Notes under the pieces: model-generated
Told to the model about the DNA's origin: nothing
Databases searched by the model: none
Seen by the model: only the letters and a program-made list of their open reading frames with translations
Shown: one piece after another, positions 14,001 through 26,000 of the stretch
How the letters are laid out: each line of letters starts with the position of its first letter
Position numbering within the stretch: position 1 is the stretch's first letter
DNA from: Candidatus Lindowbacteria bacterium RIFCSPLOWO2_12_FULL_62_27
GTDB taxonomy: Bacteria > Lindowbacteria > 2-12-FULL-62-27
Length of the DNA: 48,685 nucleotides
Assembly: GCA_001784175.1 (NCBI GenBank)
Contig: MFPR01000002.1
Coordinates: forward strand, 62,001 to 110,685
Reading direction: 5' to 3'
Made by a program: the position numbers and the translations under genes

Positions 14001-17000
14001 TGGAGGCCAACGTCAGGGTCGCCGGGGTGGCGGTGTCGTACCGCACGCCGGCGCCGGTGTCGACGCCGATCTCGATCGTGTCGATGCCCGCGAAGGTTTC
14101 GGTGTAGGTGCCGGAGATCGCGACGTTGGTATTGAAATTTTTGCCGCTGATTTCCGGATACGTGAACCGGGTGACCGGGGCCGTGAGGTCGAATCGGAAG
14201 GTGCGCGTAAACACGCCGGCATTACCTTTTTTATCCCGGCGCGATATCTGCAGTTGATACGTCCCCTCTTCGGAAACGGTGTCCAGGCGGTTGCCCAGAA
14301 TCAGTATGAGGCTGTCCCCGGCTGTGGCTTGCGACGTCTGCAGGATGGTCAGTCCCTTGAGGAGCGACAGGGTCGATACGCCGATGTCCACGCCGGAGAA
14401 ACTGTCGGCCAGTGGAACGACGACGCTGTCGACGTTCAACCCCACGGGCCGGTTTTCAAAGATTTCGTCGGAATCGCCGTTCCTCAAAACCTTCAGCACC
14501 GCCGGCGGCGTCACATCCAATATGATCGTCTGCGTGTCTTCGCTCATCCGATTGCCCGCCTTGTCGCCCGCGCGCGTGTAGATTTTGTAGAGGCCGTCGA
14601 ACCCGCCCGAGATCGACAGGGGGGTGGCGAGGTTCAGGGTGAATGTGACATTGCTGTCGTTGGTGAGGGAGCCGGGGACATAGAATCCGGCCGGATCGAT
14701 CAGCCGGACGGTGACGCTGTCGACGCTCAGGCCGGCGCCCACTTCGGTGAAGGTCACTTTGACGATCGACACGGATTCGGTCACGTTCGTGTCCGAGGGC
14801 GTGATGATCTTGGACCCCAACTGCACCGTGGCGATGGACGGCGCGTCGGAATCGAAGACGAAGGCCCGGTTCTCCTGCCGCAGGTTGCCGGCGCCGTCGT
14901 AGGCGGAGACGAGGATCTCGTATCGGCCTGACACCGGCGTCGAGTCGGAGAGCCAGAAGACGAGGAGGGAGTCGCCGGCAAGGCTCTGGACGCCGGCCAC
15001 GCCCTCGCCGGTTGTGGTGTTTCTGATTTTGAGGGTGGTGGCCGCCTGGTTGATGACGCCGCGGTAGTTGAATCCCAGATCGCCGGAGATGATGCTGGAC
15101 GAGTCGATGAGCTGAACCGCGATCGAATCGATGTACCCGCTCGAGCCGATGATCCGGCCTTCCGCCATCGAATCCCCGCCGCCCCGGTTGTTCAGCCAGA
15201 ACGCGCTGTTCAGCACCCTCGGGCCGATGCCGTCGACGATGAAGGAATCGCTCAGGGCGGACGTGTTGCCGGCGTTGTCCGCCGCCGCGACGTAGATGCC
15301 GTAGATGCCGTCCATCCGGCCGGAGCTGTCAATGTCCGTGGTCAGGCCGAGTTTGAGGGTGATCTGCTGGTTCCGCGTGGACTGCGTCGTCAGGTTGTTG
15401 GTCTTCGTGATGACAATGTCCACGCCCTTCGGATCTACGAACCTCGCGCCGGTGGTGGTCACCGGCGCGTCGATGCCGGCCACGTCCGTCGCCGACAGGC
15501 CCGCCGGCACGGGGTCTTCGACAATCACCTGGATCGTGGAATCGATGCCCTGGGTAATGGTCGAGTCGCTGTTGGTCAATGTCTTGTTGCTGAGTTTTTT
15601 GTAGACGATGGTGATTCCGCTCGTTAAAGTGACGGGATCGGAAAACAACCTGGGTTGCGTCACATCGTAAATGAATTGGGCCGTCTGCTTGCCCAAGGGT
15701 TGCGCGTTGCCGATGTTGTCCACGGCCGAAACGTCCACGGTGAATATCCCTTCGCCGCCGCCGGTGACCACGTTGTTCGGGATTCGCACCTGCCAGGTGT
15801 CAAACGTTCCGCCCGTGACGTTGGTATCGATGTAGCCGCCGGCGTCCAGGGTGCTGAGTTTCGTCTTCACAAGGTTGGGAGACGTCACCGACACGTCCAC
15901 CCTCGCCAGGCCGCCGCCCGTTCCCACCGGCGCGCTGCGGCCCAGCACCAGGATGTTCTCGTTGGCGGTGAAAGAACTCTTGGCGTCCAGTGGGCTTGCC
16001 TTTTTCGACAGCTCCTCCTGAATGGCCGTCACGCTCGCCACCGGCGCCACCGTGAAGATCCGGTAGAACACGTACTGGTCCTCCGCGCGGATTTCCAGGC
16101 TCGCCAGGTTCGCGTCGCTGTCGCCCGGCGCGCCGGTCGCAACGGCGATGGTGTCGAACCTTGAAAAGTCGACGGCGCCCGTCACCCGCTGGCCTACGGT
16201 GGCGCCCGTGTCGATGGTGAGCGTGTCTTCCAGCCCTCCGCCCCGGATCACCACACGCGTCTGCGTGTCGATTACATCGCCACGCACGATGACCACCGCC
16301 TTGCTCACCCTCGGCAACACCGTGTCCCCGCCCGACTCCGGACCGATCGCCACCCCCGCCGGGCCCACCCCTTTCAGCGTCACCTGCAGGCCGCTCCGCG
16401 CGCTCTTGTTTCCGACGGTGTCCGACGCCGTCGCGTAGACGATATGGGACCCGTCCCCGAGCGTGAGCGTCGTGCTCCACAGGCCCGTCACCGAGTCGGC
16501 CTGTATGCTGCCGACGTCGGCGCCGTTCGCATTCAGCGTCACCAGCGCGCCGGGTTCGGCGGCGCCGCTGACCAGCTGGCCGGCGCTGCGGGCCGTCAGA
16601 TTGTCGGCCGCGAAAATCTGCGGCGGCAGCGGGCGGCTGTTGTCGATCAGGACGTCGCCGCCGGCGGTCAGCACCTGGCCGTTCGTGCCGTCCACGGCCG
16701 TGATCTTCCAGAAATAGGTCCGGGTCGCGCTCGGACTCAGGATCGCGCCGGCGTCGTTCTTGCCGCGAAATGTAAACGTCCGGACGGCGGGGAACACGAA
16801 TAAGGTCACGCTGTCCGTATAGACGGGGACCGTGTCCGACGCGCCCGCGAACACCTGAAATCGGATCGACGCCGAATCTTTCACACCGCCGACGGCGTAA
16901 CTGATCGATGCGAAATCGTTGACACCGTCGGCGTTTTCCGGACTGAGCTTCGTCGGGGTGATGGTGACGCCCGTCAGCGCAAACGGCGTGTTGTCGATCT

Positions 17001-20000
17001 CGACCTCGCTCGATACTTCCGCCGTCAGACCGTTTCCATCGACCGCCGTCACCAGCACCCGGTACAGTCCGTCCGGCTGGCCGCTGCCGTCCCATACCAC
17101 CCGCGTGTCCGTCCCGTCGCCGGTCGCCGTGAAGATCGGCTTGCCGGTCACCAGCACGCCGGTCGCCTTGGAATAAATGTCCACCCGGCTGAACACCGCG
17201 CCTGTCGTGGTGTACCGGATCGCCGTCACGTCGTCTTCGCCGGACGTCACGGCCGGACTGAATGGATTGGGGATCGGCGACTGCGTGAGCGTCACCACGG
17301 GCGGCACGACGTCCTTTACGCCCTTCACCGTCACCGCCGCGCGGTTCCCGCCCTTGTCCGTCACTCGAATCTCAAACGAGTACGTGTCGTCCGGCACCGG
17401 ATTTTCGCTCACATCTTTTCCGTCCCACACGATCGCGTTCTGCCCCGCGACCTGCGCCGCGCCTCCCGTCGGCGCCGTGTCGATGAACGCCCCGTTGCTC
17501 CCCTGGATCACTACCAGGGCGGTATCCACGGACTCGCCTAACACATATTTGATCGTGGCGCCGTTGGCGCCAAATACCCCCGGATCGACCGTCGCGTCGC
17601 TGATCTGCGGTGGCGTCACGTCCACAATTCCCGTGTCGTACCGGATCACCAGCGTGTCGCTGGTCGGGCTGGTGTTGCCCGCCGCGTCCACCGCGTAGGC
17701 CACGATCCGCCAGTCGCCCAGCGTGTCGCCGAGCCGTGTGAAATTGATCGTCCCCAGCCACGACGCCGTGCCCGACGCCGCGCTGTCCATCCGCGCGACC
17801 GTTTCCGACGCGCCGAAATCCGCGCCCGGCAGATACACGCGGACGAACACTTTCGCGACGATCCCGGTCGTGTCGGTCGCCACGCCCGTGACGGCGATCG
17901 GGCCCGCGTTGAACTGCGCGTTTTGCGCCGGCGTTGTGATCCGCGCCTGCGGGTTGTCCTTGTCGAACACGAAGGTTGTGGTTTCGGCCATGAAGTTTCC
18001 GGCGCGGTCAATCGCCTGGACGGCGAGGGTGTAGACGCCGCTCTGGGATGTGAGGCTGAGGGCGGAGGCGCCGTCGAGGGCGCGGCCGAGGGTGTCGGGG
18101 CCGTCGTTGTAGACGAAGGCGCCGATGGACGCGCCGGTCGGATTGATGAGCCGGACCGTGGTCGTTTCGCCGTAGGCCGTGAGGTCCGCCGTGTCGCCGG
18201 CCGGTCCGGTGTTGGTGTCGTTGAGGTCGACGCCGACGAACGTCACGCTGTCGCCGAATGCGGCGCCGGCGGTGAGCGTGTCCTCCACCGCGGCGGCGCT
18301 CACGCCGTGCGTGATCAGATACCGGGCGACCTTCGGTTTGACCGTGTCGTACACGACGATCCGAGTGTCTTCGGTGACGTTGCCGGCTTTGTCGACGGCC
18401 CGGACGACCACGGCGTAGAGTCCGTCCTCGGCGCCGTCGGTCCGGCGGCCGAGGTTGAACGGCGTGGTATCCGCGGGGAGATGGATGGTGAAGACCAACT
18501 CGGCCGGCTCAAATTGCCGATTGGCGTTTCTGTCCAGGAAGACGCGAAGGGTCGAGGGGTTCGACAGGGCCGTCGAAATGCCCGCGCCGGCGTCCGTCAG
18601 GGACACCGCGATGGAATCGAGGCTGTTCACAAACGCGCCGGAATCAAGGGACCGGTCGATAAAGACCGCCGCGCCGGTCGTGTCGAGCGCCGGGCGTTTC
18701 TGCAGAACGGCCGCGACGACCGGCGCGACGTAGTCGCTGACGCTGGTGATCCTGGCCGACGCGTATCCGCGGGTGACCGGAATGTCGGTGTTTCCGGTGT
18801 CGGCGAAGACCAGGCCGTCGGACGCGATCCGGACGCGGAACGCGTCCCCCGAACCGATGGTGGCCGAAGTCTGCAGGACGAGGAAGAAGTCCGACCCGGC
18901 GAAATCGTTGGCGTCCGTGTCGGGCACGCTCGTGTCGCCGTAGACCGACAGCGTCAGAGTCGCGCGGTATGTATTGCCAAATCCGTCCCAGGCGAGGGGC
19001 GAGGCGTCGGGGAGGATGGCGTCGGAGGAGTCGAAGGCGCCGGTGACGAGGCCGTTGTCCCGGGCGATCGCGAGGCCCGAATCGGCGTGGAGATCGGCCG
19101 GCGTGAATCCGCCGAGGTCGTCGATGGTGACGGTCAGTTTTTTGAGGAACGGCCCGGATGTGCCGTCGCGGGTGTTGAGTCCGAAGACGGGGAAGAATCC
19201 GGAGGAGTTCAATATCTGCGTGTCGCCGCCGAGCATGTCCGCGACCGTCACCGGCATCTGCACGGAGATCGTGTCGGTCCGGACCTCGTAGGCCGGCAGG
19301 GTCTGGGCGTTGTTGAAGACGAGGCCGCCGGCCGGAATCCGAAGCCGGGCGCGGTCACGGAAGGCGGCGGTGGCAGAGGTTTTCAGGGCGATGTAAAAAT
19401 CCGGCCCGAGATTGCTGAGCGTGTTGGCGGCCGGAACGGTTTCGGACACCGACAGGTACAGCGTCGCCGTTTCGGCGGCCGTCCAGGCCGGGACGCCCGC
19501 CAGATGGATCCGCCGGTCGAGCGCGTCAAACACTCCCTCGATCGGGCCGTCGTCCCGGTAGAACTGCAGGCCCCCCGTCGTGTCGTTGGCGAGGGCGGCG
19601 AGGTCGGTGGAGTCGAACCCGCCGAGATTGTCGAAGGCGATCTGCACCGCCGTCAGGCGTCCGCCGCTGGTGGGGTCGGTGATGTCGAGCGCGAAGACGG
19701 CGACGGTGTCGGACGGCGCGGGGACCTGGGCGGGCGTGAGGTTGGAGATGCTGACGGCGATCCGGGGTGAGACCTGGATGAGGAACGTTGTTTCGTGAAT
19801 GTTCGTGGCCTCGTCCACCACGCGGAGCTTGATCGTCAACGCCGAAACCTGGGCGGTGGGATCCACGTAGAAGGTCCACTGCGCCTGGGTTTCGCCAAGC
19901 GTCCCGCGCGCCATGTCCTCGTCGATGAGCGGGAAGAGCTCGGCGCCGATCGGCGTCTGGATGCCGGAGGTCTTGCCCTCCGACAGGACCTGATTGGACC

Positions 20001-23000
20001 CCGTGTACTTGACAAACGGCACGCTGTCGGTCACGGACATGAGGAACACCTCGTCGATCCCGCGTTCATAGACGCCGGCCTTGCCGCCCGGATCGTCCGC
20101 CCAGAAATCGCCCCGGGATCCGGCCTGGGCGAAGAACGAGCCCCAGTCGTCGTTCGCGTTCGTGGAATCGGGAGACTCCTCATCCCGCAGGCCGTCGCTG
20201 TCGTTGTCCGCGCCGTCGCCCGAAAGGACCGCCTTGGAGTAATTCAGCCCGCCGTCCATGCTGACGAGGACGGACTGGATGGAGGACAGAAGGCCGCGCG
20301 GGGACGCCGTGGCGTCGGCCAGACCGGTGATCCGGATCGACCCGCTGTCGTCATACACGGTGACGGTGGTCTTCGGCCGCGTGGAATCGAGCGTGAAGAT
20401 GGCCGTCCGGGTCTCCTCGTTGCCGTTCCCGTCGACCGCGACCACTTCGAACGTGTAATCTCCGTCCGGCAGGCCGAGGGACGACACTTGGATCTTGAAG
20501 TTGACCGAGTCGGACGGAACGAGCGGGGACACGGCGTAGGAACCGGAGAAGGCGCCGGTTCCCTCCTTGTACCGGTAGCGGATGTTCGTCACGGTCGACA
20601 CGTCGGTCGAAATGCCCTCGATCCGGGCCAGCCGGTTTTCGTTGCCGATGAGCGAGATGATGGTCGCGGCTACAGAGTTGAGCAGGGGCGCGAAACTTGA
20701 TGCGGTCGTGTCGAGCTCCATGATCTGGCCGCCGGTGTTGAACGCGAGCGGGAACAGCTCGGACTGGCCGGCGAGTCCGGCGGTATCGGTGACGAGGAAC
20801 AGGGTGACGCCGGCGCGGACCAGGCTGTCGGACACGGTCTGGATCCGGACCTTGCCCGTGGGCTCGTGCCCGAAATTCTTCGACTCGGCGTCCGTGATCA
20901 GCACAAAGAACCGCTTGGCGCCCGGTGTCGCCAGGTTCAGCGCCTCCAGCGTTCCCTCCAGGGACGATTCCGGCAGGTCGCCGCCGCCGCTGGCGGTGAG
21001 CTGGGAGACGTTGTTTCGGAATGTGTTGATGTCGGCGGTGATCCCGTAATTCACGACGGCCGGATTGTCCACGTCGACATCCTTGAAGGTCACCAAGCCG
21101 AGGTTGAGGGGGATGCCGGCGTTGAGGATCTGGGTGGCGAAGGAGGTCACGTTGTTTTTGACGCCGGTGATGGCGAATCCCATGCTGCCCGTGATGTCGA
21201 CCACGAACACGACCTCGGCCGTCGGCGAGATCGCGGCGGCGTCGGCGTTGTTCGTGAGCTCGATGTTGACCTTCGGGAAATTGATCGTCATCGCGGGCTT
21301 CGTGAAATCGCTGACGCTGGTGATCCTCGCCGTCGCAAAGCCCCGCGTCACCGGCGCGTCCGTGTTGATCGTGTCGCCGAAGACCAGATCGTCCGAAATC
21401 ATCCGGACGCGGAACGCGTCGCCGGCGCCGAAGGTGGCGGACGTGCGCATGAGGATGAAGAAGTCGCTGCCCGCAAGGTCATTGCCGTCCGAGTCCGGCA
21501 CCGATGAATCCGTCGCCGCCGAGAGCGTCAGGGTTGCGCGGTAGGTGGCGCCGAACCCGTCCCACACGAGGGGCGTGGCGTGCGACAGGATCGCGTCGCC
21601 GGTGTCGAACACGCCCGTGTCGAAGCCGTTGTCCCGCGCGATCGAAAAGCCGCTGTCGGCGTGGAGGTCGGAGGGCGTGAATCCTCCGAGGTCCTCCACG
21701 GTCAGCGTCACCTTCTTCAGGAACGGCCCCGGCGTGCCGTCTTTCGCGTTCAGGCCGAACACCGGAAGGTAGCCGGACGACTCGCGGATGCGGGTGTCGG
21801 CCTCGATCAGGCGCGTCACCCCCACCGGCATCTGCACGACGATCGTGTCGGTCCGGACGTCCGCGGCGGGCGAGATTTGCGCGTTGTTGAAGGCGATGCC
21901 GCCCCGCGGGATCCGGAACCGCGCGCGGTCGCGGAAGGCGGCGGAAGAGGAAGTTTTGATGACGACGAAGAAGTCCGGGCCCGCGTCGTTGCCCGTGTTG
22001 TTGATCGGCACCGATTCGGAGGTCGAGAGAACCAGTCCCACGGTTTCGTTTCCGCTCCATGCCGGAACGCCGCCCAGGGTAAGCCGCTGGTCGAGCGGGT
22101 CCAGCGAGCCCGAAACGATGCCGTTGTCCGCGTAGAGCTGGACGCCGCCGGTCGTGTCGTTCGCGAGCGCGGCAAGATCGGTCGAATCAAACCCGCCCAG
22201 GTTGTCGAACGCGACCTGCACCGACACCAGCCGGCCGCCGGCGGTCGGGTCGGAGATGTCAAGCCCGAAGACGGCGATGGTGTCGGACGGCGCCGGGACC
22301 TGGGCCGGCGCGACATTCGTGACGGCGACGGATATCTGGGGAGATATCTGGATCGTGACGCTGGTCTCCAGGACATTGCCGGCCTCGTCATGAACGCGCA
22401 ATTTCACGTTCAGGGTCGGCTGGCCGGGCGGCGGAAGATAGAAGGTCCACCGCGCGAGCGTGTCGGTCAGCGCGCCCGTTCCCACGTCCTCGTCGATCAG
22501 CGGGAACAGCTCTGAACCGATCGTTGTCTGAACGCCGGCGGTTTTTCCCTGATAGAGGACCATGTTGGCGGCCGTGTATTTCACAAAGGGGACGCTGTCC
22601 GTCACCGACATCAGGAACACCTCGTCCACGCCGGGCTCGAACACGCCCGGCCGGCCGGCCGGATCGTCCGCCCAGAAGTCCCCGCGGGCGTCGGCCTGCG
22701 GAAAGACGGTCGACCAGTCCTCGTTCTGGTTGGTCGAGTCGGGCGACTCTTCGTCCACGACCCCGTCGCTGTCGTTGTCGATCCCGTCTCCTGAAGTGAC
22801 CGCCGAACCGTACGTCTTGCCGTCATCGACGCTCACCGCGACGCGCGTGATGCGGGTCCGCCGGCCGCGCGGGGACGCGGTGGCGTTGGCGAGGCCGGAC
22901 AGCCGGATGGACCCGCTGTCGTCGTAGACGCGCAGGTCGGTCGAGGGTTTCGTGGAATCGAGCGTGAAGGTCACAGAGCGGGTGTCCTCGTTGTCGCTCT

Positions 23001-26000
23001 CGTCCGCGGCCGTGACCTCGAAGGTGTACCGGCCATCGGGCAGGCCGAATCCGGAGACTTGGATTTCAAACAGGGACGCGATGTTGGGCGTGATCGGCTG
23101 CGTGAACGGCCCGGTATATCCGCCGGCGGCGTCCTCCTTGTAGCGGTACCGGACGGTCTTGATCCGGTGGTTGTCGACGGCGTTGCCCTTGATGATGGCC
23201 AGCGTGCTGGTGGTGGTGGTTTCCGTGACGGTGGTGCTGACGACCTGGATCTTGGTGGCGAACTGGCTGAAGACCTGGTTCAGGGTGGCCGAATTGGCGG
23301 CCGACACGAATGTCCCGCCGGTCTTGCTGGCCACCTGCTGCATGATATTGGCGAGGCTCTGGCTGTTCGCAACGGCGCTGCCGAACGCGATGGCGTCGAC
23401 CACGATGCCCGCGGCGGCGGCGGTATCGGCGGCTATCGGGACCGCGGCCGGATCGTTGGGTTCGCCGTCGGTCAGCAGGATGATCCGCTTGTTGTTCGCG
23501 GTGGATTTCGTCACGAGTTCCTTGACGGCGAATTCGATGGCCTCCGCGGTTCCAGTGCCGCCACTGGCTTGGAGAGCGGAGATGACGGTCGTGAGTTTTG
23601 TTTTGTCGCCCGTGAGGTCCTGTTCGAGTTTCGGGGTGGATTCAAAGCTCACCACCGAAATCTGGATGCCGGACCCGATCTGATTGATGAAATTGATCGC
23701 GGTCTGCTTGGCCACTTCCATCCGGCTCATCGTGTCGGGCGAATCGATGGACCCCATGCTGCCGGACACGTCGATCAGCAGGACGACGTCCACCGACGTG
23801 GTGGTGGTGACGGTGGAGGCGACCTGGACGTCGGTGAAGGGCACGTTGGTGAGGAGCGCGCCGTCGGCCGGGTACACCAGCGACACCGTCGGTTTCATCT
23901 TGTCAGCCGTGGGCGCCGCCTTGACCGGCTTTGTGGTGACGGTCCTCTGGCTCGCGCCGGAATCGAATTTCGCGCCGCCCGCGAGAATTTTTACCTGGAA
24001 CTGGTCGCCCACCGAGAAATTCTCGGCGGTGCGGACGACGATGTAGAAGTCGGACGTATCGTGTGTGCCGGTATCGAACGGCGGAAGCGCGCTGTCGGGC
24101 ACGTCGATCGTGAACAGGTAATTGCCGGCCGAGTCCTGCTGGATAGCGGTTGGCGTGGAGGCGACGGAGACGAGCCGGTGGTCGGTCGAGGCGCTGAACG
24201 CGCCGGTGTCGGTCGCGCCCGAATCGATCCAGAGGTCGATCGCGAGCAGGTCCTGGAGCGTGAATCCCAGGCCGGGCGTCACGGCCACCACGATCGTGTC
24301 CAGCCGGAGTCCCCGGCCGGAATCGCCCACGTCGATCCCGATCACGGCGCGCGTGTCCTGCGACAACATCGAGTCCGTGGACGTCGTCAGATCGATCAGA
24401 TTCAGGCGCGGCAGGACCCGGATGACGCCGCTGGTGTCCGCAAGGCCCGAAACCCCGTCGTTGAACTGGATGCCGCCCGGCGGTATGCCGATCACAAACG
24501 TGTCGCCCGGCCGGGCCCACGGGGCGGTCTTGACGACCACGAAGAAGTCATTCCCCGCGTCCGCGCCGCTGTCCGAGAGCGGGACCGATTGTGGCTCGCT
24601 CAAAGCCAGTGTCAACCGGAAGCCCGGCCCGCTGTCCCAGACCGGCGCGCCGCCCGGCGCAAGGCGCGCGTCAAACGTGTCGAAGACGCCGTCCTGCGAT
24701 CCATTGTCCCTGTAGATGGCCACCCCGTTGTTTCCGCCGCCCACCGGCAGGAGGATGTTGTCGAGGTCGGTGTCGGCCTGCAGGGTGACGGCCTGAAGTG
24801 TCTTGGCGGCGGATCCCATGACATTGATGCCGAAGAGGACGACATGGTCGCTTGCGACGTCGATCGCGTTGGGCGCCAGGTTCGCGATGACGGCTTCGGA
24901 CGTGAACGTGAAGACGAACGTGGCGGTGTCGGCGTTGCCGGCCTTGTCCTGAATGAAGATGGTCAGAACATAGGTGTCGTTTTCCGTCACGTCGTCCAGA
25001 ATGTTCCCACCCGTCAGCGTCAAGAGGAGGCTGTCGGCGCCGGCGAAGTTGGCCGTGCCGGTCGTCGAGCCGAGCAGGGCGCCGGTGGACCCGCGCGTCA
25101 GGGTCAGCCGGGCGGTTGGCGTGTCGACGCCCGAGAACGCGACCACGGTCGGGCTCGAATCGGACACCGCCACCCAGATACGATCGACCGCGCGGGTCAC
25201 GACGTTGTCCGCCGCCGTCAGCGCCTTCGCCACGCCGCCGGTCCGGACGTTGAACGACGCGGATCGGGCGGCGGTATTGTCCAGCAGAATCCTCGTGCGC
25301 GTGTCCTCCGCGATGTTGCCGGTATTGTCCTCCATGTGGAACACGATCGCATGGTAGGCGTTGGCGGCGGCCGCGAAGGTCAGGGTGTCAACGGCGGCGG
25401 TCAGATTGACCGATTGAAGAACGTCCGGGCCGTCTCCATATATATTATTGCCGTTCAGATCGCTGATCAGGCTCGCCCGCGTCGCGCCCCCGACCAGCTT
25501 GACGCCCGCCGGCTGGTCCGAGATCGCGTAGGCGAACACGGTCGTGCGCGTCATGGCGCCCGAATCCGGCGCGAGGCTCGTGAGGACCGGCCCGGCGGTG
25601 TCGCTGATGATCTTCGAGGACACCACGCCGCGCGTCACCGGGACGTCCGTGTTGGTCGTGTCGCCGAAGACCAGATAGTCGGGCAGAATCCGCACGCGGA
25701 AGGATTCGCCCAGACCCATGCTCGCGGACGCGCGGATGAGGACGAAGAAATCGTTGCCCGCGAAGTCGCCGCCGTCCGTGTCCGGCACGCTTGTGTCTCC
25801 GGCCGACGAGAGCGTCAGGGTCGTGCGGTAGATGTTGCCGAAGCCGTCCCAAATGAGGGGCGACACGTCGGCCAGGATCGAATCGGCGGAATCGTAGACG
25901 CCCGTGTCGCTGCCGTTGTCCCGCGCGATCACGAGGCCCGAATCGGGATCGAGGTCGGACGGCGTGAATCCTCCGAGGTCCTCCACCTCGATCGTGACCT

